In this document: positions 37,420-47,750 of the stretch, one piece after another
How the letters are laid out: each line of letters starts with the position of its first letter
How positions within the stretch are numbered: position 1 is the first letter of the stretch
NCBI GenBank assembly: GCA_050290185.1
Contig: JBNKHE010000003.1
Coordinates: 64,001 to 128,000 of the forward strand
DNA length: 64,000 nt
Reading direction: 5' to 3'
Origin: Pontiella sp.
Lineage (GTDB): Bacteria > Verrucomicrobiota > Kiritimatiellia > Kiritimatiellales > Pontiellaceae
Program-made: the position numbers and the translations under genes
Notes under the pieces: model-generated
The model's input: only the letters and a program-made list of their open reading frames with translations
Database searches by the model: none
Told to the model about the DNA's origin: nothing

Positions 37420-38877
37420 ATGGCTGAACTACATAAACTCACGATTGCTGAACTGTCCGCCCGTCTATCGGCCGGGGAATGCACCTCGGTGGATATCGTT
37501 AACGACGTGCTGGCCTCTATAGACGCCAATGACGGAAAGGTAGGAGCCTACCTGACCCTCGACCGAGAATCGGCGCTGGAGCAGGCCAAGGCGGCCGACG
37601 AAGCGCGCACCGCCGGAAAAAACCATCCCATGCTCGGCATCCCGGTGGCCATCAAGGATCTGCTCAACGTGAAGGGGCAACCCTGTACCTGCTCGTCGAA
37701 AATCCTTGAAGGCTATACCGCGCCGTACGACGCCACCGTAATCGCCAAGCTCCGCGAAGCGGGCGCCGTCTTGCTGGGCCGCGTCAACATGGATGAATTC
37801 GCCATGGGATCGAGCACCGAAAACGCCGCGCTCGGCAAGACGTCAAATCCCTGGAACCTGGACCACGTTCCCGGCGGTTCATCCGGTGGTTCTGCGGCTT
37901 GTGTCTCGGCGGACGAAGCCATTGCTTCGCTAGGCTCGGACACGGGCGGATCCATCCGCCAGCCCGCGGCCTTCTGTGGTTGCGTGGGCGTCAAGCCGAC
38001 CTACGGCCTGGTTTCCCGCTACGGTCTCACCGCGTTCGCCTCGTCACTGGACCAGATCGGGCCCATCACCAAAACGGTCAAGGATTCCGCCATTTTGCTC
38101 GAAACAATTTGCGGACTGGACAAGATGGATTCCTCGTCCATCGACAAGGATGTTCCGGCCTATGCGGCAAACCTGGGCAACGACACTTCGCTGGCTGGCA
38201 TGAAGCTGGGTTTGCCGAAGGAATATTTTGTGGACGGCATGGATCCGGAAGTGGAAAAGGCCGTGCGCGATGCGGTCGAGCACTGCAAGAGCCTCGGCGC
38301 GGAAATCGTCGATGTCAGCCTGCCGAACGCCAAGTATGCCATCGCGGTCTACTACATCATCGCCACGGCCGAAGCCTCGGCCAACCTCGCCCGTTTCGAC
38401 GGCATCCGCTACGGTATGCGCCTCGACGGCAAGGACCCCGCCGATTTGTATGGAAAAACCCGCGCCGCCGGCTTCGGTCCCGAAGTCAAGCGTCGCATTA
38501 TTCTCGGAACCTACGTGCTCAGCAGCGGCTACTACGACGCCTACTACCTGAAGGCTCAAAAGGTGCGCACGCTCATCCGCAACGACTTCACCGAAGCCTT
38601 CAAGCAGTGCGATGCCATCCTTTCGCCGGTCACCCCGACCGCCGCCTACAGGAAAGGCGAGAAAACCGCCGACCCGCTGAAGATGTACCTCGACGACATC
38701 CTGACCACGCCGATCAACCTTGCCGGCAACTGCGCGCTGTCGGTGCCGTGCGGCTTCACCTCCGCCGGCATGCCGATCGGCATGCAGATCATCGGCGACG
38801 CCTTTCAGGAAGAAACCATCCTGAAAGTCGGTCACGCCTACGAGCAAACCACCGAATGGCACAAGCAGCGTCCATAG
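37420..38877 (+). CDS. gatA: Asp/Glu-tRNA amidotransferase subunit A
   Basis: Amidase signature GGSSGGSAA, GSDTGGSIRQPA. Confidence 0.97.
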   Translation: MAELHKLTIAELSARLSAGECTSVDIVNDVLASIDANDGKVGAYLTLDRESALEQAKAADEARTAGKNHPMLGIPVAIKDLLNVKGQPCTCSSKILEGYTAPYDATVIAKLREAGAVLLGRVNMDEFAMGSSTENAALGKTSNPWNLDHVPGGSSGGSAACVSADEAIASLGSDTGGSIRQPAAFCGCVGVKPTYGLVSRYGLTAFASSLDQIGPITKTVKDSAILLETICGLDKMDSSSIDKDVPAYAANLGNDTSLAGMKLGLPKEYFVDGMDPEVEKAVRDAVEHCKSLGAEIVDVSLPNAKYAIAVYYIIATAEASANLARFDGIRYGMRLDGKDPADLYGKTRAAGFGPEVKRRIILGTYVLSSGYYDAYYLKAQKVRTLIRNDFTEAFKQCDAILSPVTPTAAYRKGEKTADPLKMYLDDILTTPINLAGNCALSVPCGFTSAGMPIGMQIIGDAFQEETILKVGHAYEQTTEWHKQRP

Positions 38878-38920
38878 CTTTAGCGAAAAAATCACGACTC
38901 ACTTATCACGGATCACGAAT

Positions 38921-40345
38921 ATGAAATACGAAGCAACGATTGGTCTTGAAACGCACGTCATGCAGAAGACGAACACGAAGATGTTCTGTTCCTGCAAGTA
39001 TGAATACGGCGCGGAGCCGAACACGCATGTCTGTCCCGTCTGTCTCGGCTATCCCGGCGCGTTGCCGGTGCTGAACGAAAAAGCGATCGAGCTGTGCTGC
39101 AAGGCCGGACTCTTGCTGGGCTGCGAGATCAATTCCTACAGCAAGTGGGACCGCAAAAACTATTTCTATCCGGACATGTCGAAGAACTATCAGATCACGC
39201 AGGCCGACCAGCCGTTGTGCTTGGGCGGGCACCTCGAAGTGGAGGTCGACGGCGAGATGAAAACCTTCACCATCGAACGCATCCACCAGGAGGAAAACGC
39301 GGCCAAGAACACGCACGTCGCCGGAGCAAGCCTGGTCGATTACAACCGCGCCGGAACCGCCTTGATGGAGATTGTTTCCAATCCGTGCATGCACTCGGCG
39401 GCCGATGCGTTGGCCTACATGACCGCGCTCAAGCAGATCATGCAATATGGCGGAATTTCCAACTGCGATCAGGAGAAGGGGCAGATGCGCTCCGATGTCA
39501 ATGTTTCCGTTCGCCCCGTCGGCCAGAAGGAACTGGGCGCCAAGGTCGAGATCAAGAACATGAACTCGTTCGCTTTTATCAAAGAAGCCATCGAATATGA
39601 AATCGACCGCCAGATCGACGTGCTCGAACGTGGAGGAACGGTGGATCAGGAAACGCGCGGCTACGACTCCGACCGCGGCGAAACCTTCACCCAGCGCACC
39701 AAGGAAAATGCCCACGACTATCGCTATTTCCCCGAACCCGATCTCATGCCCGTCAAGATTTCCGCCGGGCAGGTGGAGCAGTGGCGCTCCGAGCTCCCCG
39801 AGCTCCCTCGGCAGCGTCGCGAACGCTATGTGGCCGAACTGGGTTTGCCCGAATACGACGCCGGTGTTCTGACCGCCGACAAGGCGACCTCGGACTGGTT
39901 CGAAGCCGCAATGCAGCACACCAAAAACGCCAAGGCCGTCTCGAACTTTATCATGGGCGAAATGATGCGCCTGCTTTCCGAGCATGGGTTGTCGATTTCC
40001 GAGTCGAAGGTCACGCCGGAAAAGCTGGCTGAAATCATTGGCCTGATCGATGCCAAAACCATCAGCACCGGCGCCGGCAAGCAGGTGTTTGAAACCATCT
40101 TCAACGAAGGCGGCGAACCGAAAGCCATTGTCGAGGAAAAGGGGCTTGCGCAGGTTTCCGACGATTCCGCGCTCGAAGGCTGGGCCGACGAGGCCATCGC
40201 CAACAATCCCAAGCCCGTCGAGGAATACAAGGCCGGCAACGCCGCGTCGATCAACTTCCTGATGGGGCAGGTGATGAAGGCCAGCCGCGGCAAGGCCAAT
40301 CCCGGCGCCGTCATGCAGATGCTCAAGCAAAAGCTGGATGCGTAA
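38921..40345 (+). CDS. gatB: Asp/Glu-tRNA amidotransferase subunit B
   Basis: IGLE, RKNYFYPD, DYRYFPEPDL, GQVMKASRGKANP. Confidence 0.97.
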   Translation: MKYEATIGLETHVMQKTNTKMFCSCKYEYGAEPNTHVCPVCLGYPGALPVLNEKAIELCCKAGLLLGCEINSYSKWDRKNYFYPDMSKNYQITQADQPLCLGGHLEVEVDGEMKTFTIERIHQEENAAKNTHVAGASLVDYNRAGTALMEIVSNPCMHSAADALAYMTALKQIMQYGGISNCDQEKGQMRSDVNVSVRPVGQKELGAKVEIKNMNSFAFIKEAIEYEIDRQIDVLERGGTVDQETRGYDSDRGETFTQRTKENAHDYRYFPEPDLMPVKISAGQVEQWRSELPELPRQRRERYVAELGLPEYDAGVLTADKATSDWFEAAMQHTKNAKAVSNFIMGEMMRLLSEHGLSISESKVTPEKLAEIIGLIDAKTISTGAGKQVFETIFNEGGEPKAIVEEKGLAQVSDDSALEGWADEAIANNPKPVEEYKAGNAASINFLMGQVMKASRGKANPGAVMQMLKQKLDA

Positions 40346-40380
40346 AACTTAGGGCTGGAAGGTCTGCGACCGTTCCATCC

Positions 40381-41034
40381 CTACAAATACTTCTCCAGCG
40401 GACAGCCCTTGCACTTGGGCTTGGTGTTGCAGTGTTCCTTGCCTAGGCGGACGATCAGCGCATGGTATTCGTTATAGAGCTGCACATCTTCCGGCAGGTT
40501 TTCCGTGAATAATTTGGCCAGCTCGTCGTAGGACGCCTTTTCATCGCACCAGCCATGGCGCAGCAAAAACCGCTTGGTGTAGGCATCGACCACGAAAACC
40601 GGCCGTTTTCCTGCGTAGAGCAGAATCGAATCCGCCGTTTCCGGCCCGATACCCTTCCACGAAAGTAGTTCCTTGCGCAGGCCTGGGGTATCGAGGGCGA
40701 ACAGTTTGTTGAGCGAGCCATCAAAACGGGCGTGGATGGTTTCAACCATGGCTTTGATATAGCCGGCCTTTTGATTGAAATAGCCCGCTGGCCGGATCCA
40801 ATCCGCAATCTGTTCGAGCGAGGCGTTCGTCAGCGTATCCAAATTCAACGCCCCGCTTTGCCGCAGGCTGGCAATCGCCTTTTCCACGTTCGTCCACGCC
40901 GTGTTCTGCGTCAGGATGGCGCCAAGCATCATTTCCAGGCGTGTTTCTCCCGGCCACCAGTGCTGCTCGCCCCAGCGTCCAAACAGTGCATCGTAGGATT
41001 GCAGAATGAACGTGTTTTTTCGGTTTTTGTCCAT
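40381..41034 (-). CDS. Endonuclease III-related HhH-GPD DNA glycosylase
   Basis: GAILTQNT, KGIGPETADSILLY, VVDAY, C-x5-C-x2-CPL. Confidence 0.88.
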   Translation of the reverse strand: MDKNRKNTFILQSYDALFGRWGEQHWWPGETRLEMMLGAILTQNTAWTNVEKAIASLRQSGALNLDTLTNASLEQIADWIRPAGYFNQKAGYIKAMVETIHARFDGSLNKLFALDTPGLRKELLSWKGIGPETADSILLYAGKRPVFVVDAYTKRFLLRHGWCDEKASYDELAKLFTENLPEDVQLYNEYHALIVRLGKEHCNTKPKCKGCPLEKYL

Positions 41035-41327
41035 GATTGAAAGCGATTGAGTAATTTAAATGAAAGATATTTCGCCTGTTCTTGCCAGATAAATCGGATA
41101 TTCTCCCGTCATCAGATGGGGGAATAGAAACGCACTCCCATCGAAATATGATGTTCTTTTTTATTACCCCAAACACTGGGCCGTTTCGGATTGAGAACAA
41201 CATGCATGGAAAGGAGGTTCCATATGGGAATACTTCGAGCGGACATGGGAACCGCACGGCAACTGTTTGCCGAAGCCTGAAGCAAGTGAAGTTGAACACG
41301 AGAAGCAATTGAACAAGGAGGCAGTAT

Positions 41328-41750
41328 ATGAAGATTCGTTCGATTATAATATCAGCCGTTGCAGTAGCGTTTTGCGGAGCTATCTATGTGTATGCTCAGG
41401 ACGCGGAACCCGCCGCGCAACCCGCCAAGGAAAAACCCGCCATGACCGAGTCCGTCTACGTATGCCCTGATTGCCACGCCACGGCGTTGAAGGCCGGAAC
41501 GTGTGCGTGCGGCAAGGAACTGGTGAAGATGCATTTGCTTGGAACGAAGGATGGGCAAGCGATGCTGTGCGCCTGCGGTGGCGCCTGCAAGTGTGACTTC
41601 AAGGGTGTGAAAGACGGCAAGTGCGCCTGTGGCAAGGAGGTTAAGATGGCGAGCATCAAAGGCCTGTATGCCTGTCCGCAAGGCTGTCCGGTCATCTCGG
41701 ACAAGGCTGGAAAATGCGCCTGCGGCATGGAAATGAAGAAGGCGGAATAA
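41328..41750 (+). CDS. Secreted Cys-rich putative heavy-metal-binding protein
   Basis: Signal peptide; YVCPDC..GTCACGKEL and YACPQGC..GKCACGMEM repeats; AAGGAGG RBS. Confidence 0.72.
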   Translation: MKIRSIIISAVAVAFCGAIYVYAQDAEPAAQPAKEKPAMTESVYVCPDCHATALKAGTCACGKELVKMHLLGTKDGQAMLCACGGACKCDFKGVKDGKCACGKEVKMASIKGLYACPQGCPVISDKAGKCACGMEMKKAE

Positions 41751-41836
41751 CAGAACATCCGCATCGGTCGTTGGTCCGCAACCATAGGGTGCGTGACCAA
41801 TGACCTTTAATCAGCCCTCATTGTGATGGAGATACA

Positions 41837-41965
41837 TCATCCCTGGGGTTTTTCTGGTGCAACCTCGCCTTGATCGCCCTGTTTCCGCTTACGCTTTTCC
41901 TCTTTTTTCTTCTTCTTCGCGATCTCTCGTTGACGCTTTTCGTACGAATAGTTGGGTTTGGCCAT
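41837..41965 (-). CDS. Small basic conserved hypothetical protein (MAKPNYSYEKRQRE...)
   Basis: AGGAGGAG RBS; N-terminus matches a widespread small-protein pattern. Confidence 0.72.
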   Translation of the reverse strand: MAKPNYSYEKRQREIAKKKKKEEKRKRKQGDQGEVAPEKPQG

Positions 41966-42064
41966 ATGGGCTCCTCCTGATTTAAATGAGAGAAGCTTTA
42001 TACCGCATAAGGGCGGCAACCCACGCACCTAAACCGTTGCCATCTTGCCGGCAGCAGGAAACGT

Positions 42065-42490
42065 TCAGCCTTCCACTAATGATAAACCGTTATTCTCGAG
42101 GAACGCGCCGAATTCCACGTCTACCACGCGGATATGCTTGAGCAGCCAGTTCATCAGCAAGGTATCGATCGATTCGGTAAGAATGGGCGTGGGGCCATCC
42201 TCCACATATTCGGTCTCCATTTTGTTCAGGATGGCCTTGAACTCGTTGTGCTGAGCCTTGTGGGCTTCAAACCCGGGATAATCATTTGCGGCCATGTTCC
42301 GCTCTTCCATGGAAAAGTGGAAATCCGTGTAGTCGATCAGAAAGCCGAGGGTGTCGGCAACCTCCCGCGGGCCCTGTTGTTGCTCCACGGCTTTGGTCAG
42401 GCTGTTGAGATGCCCGATCAGCTGCTTGTGCTGTTCGTCGATCAATTCGTTGCCAACAGAAAGATCGTTCGTCCATACCGTCTCGCTCAT
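42065..42490 (-). CDS. Bacteriohemerythrin
   Basis: W..DLSVGNELIDEQHKQL, HFSMEE, HKAQH, WLLKHI...D. Confidence 0.92.
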   Translation of the reverse strand: MSETVWTNDLSVGNELIDEQHKQLIGHLNSLTKAVEQQQGPREVADTLGFLIDYTDFHFSMEERNMAANDYPGFEAHKAQHNEFKAILNKMETEYVEDGPTPILTESIDTLLMNWLLKHIRVVDVEFGAFLENNGLSLVEG

Positions 42491-42794
42491 ATCCTGACAT
42501 CTCCTTTTTTGGATGCTCCAGCGCATAGGGGTTGTGCGGTGGTTTCATGGCAAGGAAATCCTTGATGAAGCACGGATTTATAAAGCCTGTCCGGACCTCT
42601 GCCTGCTGGAAAAAATATTCTTCGGTTTTCTGATTCGACCAAGAAATTTGGGGGTCGCGGGTAATTAGGCTCGAAACATGCATCGAGATAGCGGAAGTTA
42701 TCCAATCTCGATGACGAAAGCGGTTGCCTCATCATCGAGGTTGTTGTTAGTGACTCGGAATATAATATTAGAACCCAGAGCATTGATTAGTAGT

Positions 42795-43412
42795 ATGAAA
42801 CCAGAAAACATGGAAACGCCACAGCAAGAGAGTGTGCATGGGACGCCGGCCGAGCTTGGCACCGCCCCGAAGCCTGTTGAAAAAGAAGCTTCAAAATCCA
42901 GTACACTCGATGATCAGATCTCATTCTTGAACAGTCTGCCCGAAATCAAAAAGCCAGACCCGAAGCCAAAACAAAACGGGTTTGATGAGCACCTTGCGTT
43001 TTTAAGCAGCCTGCCCAGAATTGATGCACAACAAGAATCGCCTAAGCCAGCACCTCAACCCGGTGCGGAAGAAATAGCAAACCCGGCCTCGGTGGAGTCG
43101 GTTCCCTCGCCTGACGTGGACGTGAGTCCGGCTCCGGTCGTCCAGGAAAAGCAGATTCCGCAACCCGCCAAACAACCACCGAAAAAGAAACCGGCGCGGC
43201 AGGGAAAGACGAAGAAGAGTGCATCGCAGCTTCAGCGCGAGGAAAAAAACCGGCTTGAAAAGGAAAAAGCCGAAGCCAAAAAAGCCGAGATTCGGAAAAG
43301 GCAGCAGGAAGCTGAGCAGAAAAAAGATTCCTCCACCCCGCGAGACAAAGCCAAGTCGAACAAGACTGCGGCTAAAAAGAAATCGTTGTTGGGCCGATTT
43401 TTAAAGGGCTGA
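42795..43412 (+). CDS. Pro/Lys/Glu-rich hypothetical protein
   Basis: Long open frame with duplicated D(D/E)xxxFLxSLPxI motif. Confidence 0.6.
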   Translation: MKPENMETPQQESVHGTPAELGTAPKPVEKEASKSSTLDDQISFLNSLPEIKKPDPKPKQNGFDEHLAFLSSLPRIDAQQESPKPAPQPGAEEIANPASVESVPSPDVDVSPAPVVQEKQIPQPAKQPPKKKPARQGKTKKSASQLQREEKNRLEKEKAEAKKAEIRKRQQEAEQKKDSSTPRDKAKSNKTAAKKKSLLGRFLKG

Positions 43413-43517
43413 CGGGGTCGGGTCAGGTCGAATGCCAGTACGTCCATATCTGGTGTTGTCCGGCACTGGCCCAAATTCCACGTGTTTGATTTTGATGGAG
43501 AGTTTAAAGGGCGGACC

Positions 43518-44075
43518 ATGAAAACCGAAAAAGAAAAGATGATGGCGGGCGAGCCGTATGACGCTCATACCGAAGAAATGTATGCAATCAGAAGGAAAAC
43601 AAAACATCTGTTGCATAAACTGAATGTGACCGAATACTACACCGATAATTTCGAGGGCGTGATGCGTGAGATCTGTCCCAATTCGGCCCCAAACCTCCAT
43701 CTGGAACCTCCGTTTTATTGCGATTACGGGGATTTGATTTATGCGAAGGAAAACGTTTTTGTTAATTTCGGCGCTGTTTTCCTGGATGGAGGCACCATCA
43801 AAATCGGCGCTAACACCTTGATTGCCCCCGGCGTGCACATTTACACGGCCGAACATCCCGTGGACATCGCCGAACGCAGGGAATGGGAAAAATGCAGGCC
43901 CGTTGTTATCGGCAAGGATTGCTGGATCGGCGGCAAGGCCATCATTCTGCCGGGGGTAACCATAGGAGACCGGTCGGTTATCGGCGCCGGCGCCGTGGTT
44001 AACAAAGATGTTCCCGATGATTCGCTGGCGGTCGGCAACCCCGCGCGCATCATTAAAAAACTGAATCAAGAGTAA
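43518..44075 (+). CDS. maa: Sugar O-acetyltransferase (maltose O-acetyltransferase-like)
   Basis: TEKEKMMAGE, EPPFYCDYG, hexapeptide repeats, VGNPAR. Confidence 0.88.
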   Translation: MKTEKEKMMAGEPYDAHTEEMYAIRRKTKHLLHKLNVTEYYTDNFEGVMREICPNSAPNLHLEPPFYCDYGDLIYAKENVFVNFGAVFLDGGTIKIGANTLIAPGVHIYTAEHPVDIAERREWEKCRPVVIGKDCWIGGKAIILPGVTIGDRSVIGAGAVVNKDVPDDSLAVGNPARIIKKLNQE

Positions 44076-44247
44076 TACTAGCTCCAAGAACCTTCCCGCC
44101 CAAATCCGGGGGATTCAACGCAAAGGTTCAAAGTGCGCAGAGATTCGCAAAAGGGTTGCTCTGCGACCTTTGTTTCCTTCGCCGTCTTTGCGTTAAAAAT
44201 TCAGCACGGATTGGCAATTGGTGCGAGAGGTTTACTTCCCTTCAACG

Positions 44248-47037
44248 CTAATGCGCCTCAAGCCAGTTATGACCGGTTCCGGATTCGACGAGGATGGGGA
44301 TTTCCATGGGGATGGCGGATTTCATCCTTTCCTCAATCAACGGCACGAGTTCGTCTTTTTCGTCGAGGGCGAGGTCGAAGACGAGTTCGTCGTGGACCTG
44401 CAGGAGCAGTTTCGTTTTGGCCTTGCGTGAACGCAGCAGTTCGTGAATTGCGACCATAGCGATTTTGATCATGTCGGCGGCGGTGCCCTGGATAGGGGCG
44501 TTGATGGCGTTGCGCTCGGCGCCGCCGCGGACCATTTGGTTGCGGGCGTTGATGTCGCGGATGTAGCGGCGGCGGCCGGTGATGGTTTCAACGTATTCAT
44601 GCTTCTGGGCAAACTCGATCGTCGAATCGAGATAGTCCTGCACGCCGGGATAGTTGGCCCGGTATTGTTCGATGATTTCGCCGGCTTCGGTTCTTGGAAT
44701 ACCGAGGCGCTGGGCCAGCCCGAAGGGGGAGATGCCGTAGATGATGCCGAAGTTGACCATCTTGGCCTTGGAGCGCATTTCGCGGGTGACTTCATCTTTC
44801 GGTACCCCAAAGACGCGCGCGGCGGTAGCGGTATGAATGTCTTCTCCATGGATAAAGGCCTCGCGCAGGTGCTGGTCCTGGCTCAGTTCGGCCATGATGC
44901 GCAGTTCGATCTGGGAATAGTCACAGGCGAGCAGGGTGAAGCCCTCCTTGGGGATGAATGCGCGGCGGATTTCGCGGCCCTCTTCGGTGCGGATCGGAAT
45001 GTTCTGCAAGTTGGGGTTCACCGAGGAAAGGCGTCCGGTGGTGGTGATGGCCTGGCTGAAGGTGGTGTGGATCCGCCCGGTTTTTTCGAAGACCTCCTTG
45101 GGCAGCGCATCCACGTAGGTGCTCTTGAGCTTGGTGAGGCCTCGGTAGTCGAGAATCTTGCGGACAATCTCGTGCTTGGGAGCCAGCTCCGAAAGGACTT
45201 CCTCGTTGGTTTTGTATTGACCGGTCTTGGTCTTTTTCGGTTTTTCAACCAGCTTGAGGACGTCGAACAAAACCTCGCCGAGCTGCTTGGGCGAGTTGAG
45301 GTTGAACGGCATGCCGGCCTTGGTTTGGATATCTGATTCGAGGGATTCGATCTTTCCGGCCAGCTCCTCTGAGAAGGCATCAAGCGCGGGGACATCGAGG
45401 TTTATGCCGTTGTATTCCATGTCGGCCAGCACGGGCATGAGCGGGGTTTCGATTTCGTAGAAGACGCGCTCCTGCCCCCGTTCCTTGAGCATGGGTTTAA
45501 GCTTGTGCCAGAGCTGGAGGGTGATATCGGCATCTTCGGCGCCATATTCACACAGTTCGTCGGGATCGACCTCGCGCAAGGTCTTCTGTTCGCTTTTCTT
45601 TTCGCCGATCAGGGCGGTAATCGGGACGGGGGAGTAATCCAGAAGTGATTCTGCCATATGATCCATGTTGTGGCGCTGGTCGGGATCGATGAGATAGTGC
45701 GCGAGCATGGTGTCGAGCAACTCGCCGCGCACCTCGATACCATGCCACTTAAGCACGCTGACATCATACTTGAGATTCTGGCCGACCTTGCGGATGTCGG
45801 CGTTTTGGAGAATGGGAAGAAAGGGCTCGAGTGCCTTCAGGGTTTGTTCACGGTCGGGCGGAAGGATAACGAACCATGCTTCGTGCGGTTCGACGCAGAA
45901 GGAGATGCCGATCAGCTCGGCGGTGCGGACGTCGAGTCCGGTGGTTTCGGTGTCGAAGCAGACGACGCTGCAACCGGACAGTTTTTCGGCCAGCCCGGTT
46001 CGTTCGGCGGAGGTGGTCACGAGGTGATAGTTGTGTTTCACATCCTTGATGGTTTTGAACTGCGGAAGCGGCTCCATCATTTCCGGCTTTGACGCGGCGG
46101 CGAATTCAAACAGGTCGCCCTGACCTTCGGTGGCGGCGGCCACGGCCACGGAGGTCGGTGTGGGGGATTCACCGAAGAGCCGCTTGATGAGCGATTTGAA
46201 TTCGAGTTCGCTGAATAGGATTTTCAACGCATCGTCGTTGCGCTTGCCGATGATGAGTTCGTCGGGACTTTCCTTTACCGGCACATCGCACTTGATGGTG
46301 ACCAGTCGCTTGGAGAGCAGGGCGGTATGCTTGTTGTCCTCGACCTTTTCCTTTTGCTTGCCCTTCAGCTCATCGGCGTGCTCCAGCAGGTTTTCCACCG
46401 AACCGAATTGTGCGATCAGCTTCTGGGCGGTTTTGGGGCCGATGCCGGGAATGCCGGGTATGTTGTCGGCGGCGTCTCCCGCGAGCCCGAGAATGTCGAT
46501 AACCTGCTCGATCTTTTCGATATTCCACTGTTCGAGAATTTTTTTGACATCAAGCAGTTCGGAATCACCGCCGGAGCGGCCGGGCTTGAGCATGTAGGTA
46601 TGTTCGTCGACCAGCTGGGCATAGTCTTTGTCGGGGGTGACCATGTAGGTGACAAAGCCCTCTTTTTCGGCAGTACGGGCGAGGGTGCCGATGACGTCGT
46701 CGGCCTCGAATCCGGGATATTCAAGCACGGGAATGTTGAAGGCCTGCAGCAGGTTGCGGATATGCGGAACGGCGGTACGGATGCCTTCCGGGGTTTCGTC
46801 GCGGGTGGCCTTGTATTCCGGATATTCCTCGTGCCGGAAGGTGGGGCCGTGGGTATCGAAGGCGACGGCAATATGGGTCGGCTCGTAGGTATGCATGATA
46901 TCGAGCAGGGTGTTGATGAAGCCGAATACGGCCGACACGTTTTCGCCCTTGGAGTTGATGCGGGGATTGCGGATCAGGCCGAAGTAGGCGCGGTAGACGA
47001 TGGCCATGCCGTCGATCAGAAAGAGTTTCTTGGTCAT
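44248..47037 (-). CDS. polA: DNA polymerase I
   Basis: LFLIDG, FDTETTG, DYSQIELR, KMVNFGIIYG, QVHDEL; start set at MTKKLF. Confidence 0.97.
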   Translation of the reverse strand: MTKKLFLIDGMAIVYRAYFGLIRNPRINSKGENVSAVFGFINTLLDIMHTYEPTHIAVAFDTHGPTFRHEEYPEYKATRDETPEGIRTAVPHIRNLLQAFNIPVLEYPGFEADDVIGTLARTAEKEGFVTYMVTPDKDYAQLVDEHTYMLKPGRSGGDSELLDVKKILEQWNIEKIEQVIDILGLAGDAADNIPGIPGIGPKTAQKLIAQFGSVENLLEHADELKGKQKEKVEDNKHTALLSKRLVTIKCDVPVKESPDELIIGKRNDDALKILFSELEFKSLIKRLFGESPTPTSVAVAAATEGQGDLFEFAAASKPEMMEPLPQFKTIKDVKHNYHLVTTSAERTGLAEKLSGCSVVCFDTETTGLDVRTAELIGISFCVEPHEAWFVILPPDREQTLKALEPFLPILQNADIRKVGQNLKYDVSVLKWHGIEVRGELLDTMLAHYLIDPDQRHNMDHMAESLLDYSPVPITALIGEKKSEQKTLREVDPDELCEYGAEDADITLQLWHKLKPMLKERGQERVFYEIETPLMPVLADMEYNGINLDVPALDAFSEELAGKIESLESDIQTKAGMPFNLNSPKQLGEVLFDVLKLVEKPKKTKTGQYKTNEEVLSELAPKHEIVRKILDYRGLTKLKSTYVDALPKEVFEKTGRIHTTFSQAITTTGRLSSVNPNLQNIPIRTEEGREIRRAFIPKEGFTLLACDYSQIELRIMAELSQDQHLREAFIHGEDIHTATAARVFGVPKDEVTREMRSKAKMVNFGIIYGISPFGLAQRLGIPRTEAGEIIEQYRANYPGVQDYLDSTIEFAQKHEYVETITGRRRYIRDINARNQMVRGGAERNAINAPIQGTAADMIKIAMVAIHELLRSRKAKTKLLLQVHDELVFDLALDEKDELVPLIEERMKSAIPMEIPILVESGTGHNWLEAH

Positions 47038-47171
47038 ATGGGTATCCTTATACTGCGTAGTGCGTACTACAAATTGCGGTTTAATCTGAAAAACCAAATG
47101 ATACAGGGTCTTCTTTCCAATGTCTGGGAATTCCTGTATTAAAAATCTCAATTCGTTTAAAGGAGGGTTCA

Positions 47172-47609
47172 ATGAAGACGCTGATATTAACACTGTTGGT
47201 CTGCGTGGTGGCTATGCCGGGTTTGGCGGAAGAGAAGGAGCCCGTTGGCAAGGTGGCCATAGTTCTTCTTGCCGGCAACGAAACCAACGAGGGCATGGCC
47301 CGTGCGGTTCACGCCCTGCTTTATGCCCGCGAGCTGGCGGACAGCGGCTATCGGGTCACCCTGATCTTCGACGGCGCCGGAACAGGCTGGGCCAATGAGC
47401 TGGAAAAACCGGAGAATCCCCTGCATGAACACTATGTCGCATTCAAGAAACGGGGCATGGTGGAGGAGATTTGCGACTATTGTGCGGAGCAGTTTGGACA
47501 GAAGGAAGATTTGTCGGAAGAGCAGCGAAAACTGCTGGTTGGGGAGTACGAGGGGCATCCCAGCATTGCGAAATGGGTTGCCATGGGGTACCAGATTATC
47601 GTGATCTGA
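47172..47609 (+). CDS. Secreted DsrE-like protein
   Basis: Signal peptide; HALLYAREL, LIFDGAG, CDYC. Confidence 0.7.
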   Translation: MKTLILTLLVCVVAMPGLAEEKEPVGKVAIVLLAGNETNEGMARAVHALLYARELADSGYRVTLIFDGAGTGWANELEKPENPLHEHYVAFKKRGMVEEICDYCAEQFGQKEDLSEEQRKLLVGEYEGHPSIAKWVAMGYQIIVI

Positions 47610-47750
47610 TGGGCGAGCGGCGGAATGGGTACAATTTCGGCGCCTTTTTTCCATTTCGACTTTGCTTCTGCTCGGCGGTTTGGGTAGATTCTCCCCTCGT
47701 TTTTTAAAGAAAACAGAGAATTTCCAACCCCAACCCATGGAGTTATTTAA

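Noticed and set aside
38906..40330. 474-aa minus-strand ORF (and 37899-38924 alternative frame)
   Set aside because: Shadows of GC-rich gatB/gatA
47038..47193. N-terminal extensions in the ORF track (polA, oppC, oppA2, M3 peptidase, GT4 7125, GT26 21091)
   Set aside because: They overlap neighbouring genes or lack homology-like content; downstream starts fit family N-termini better
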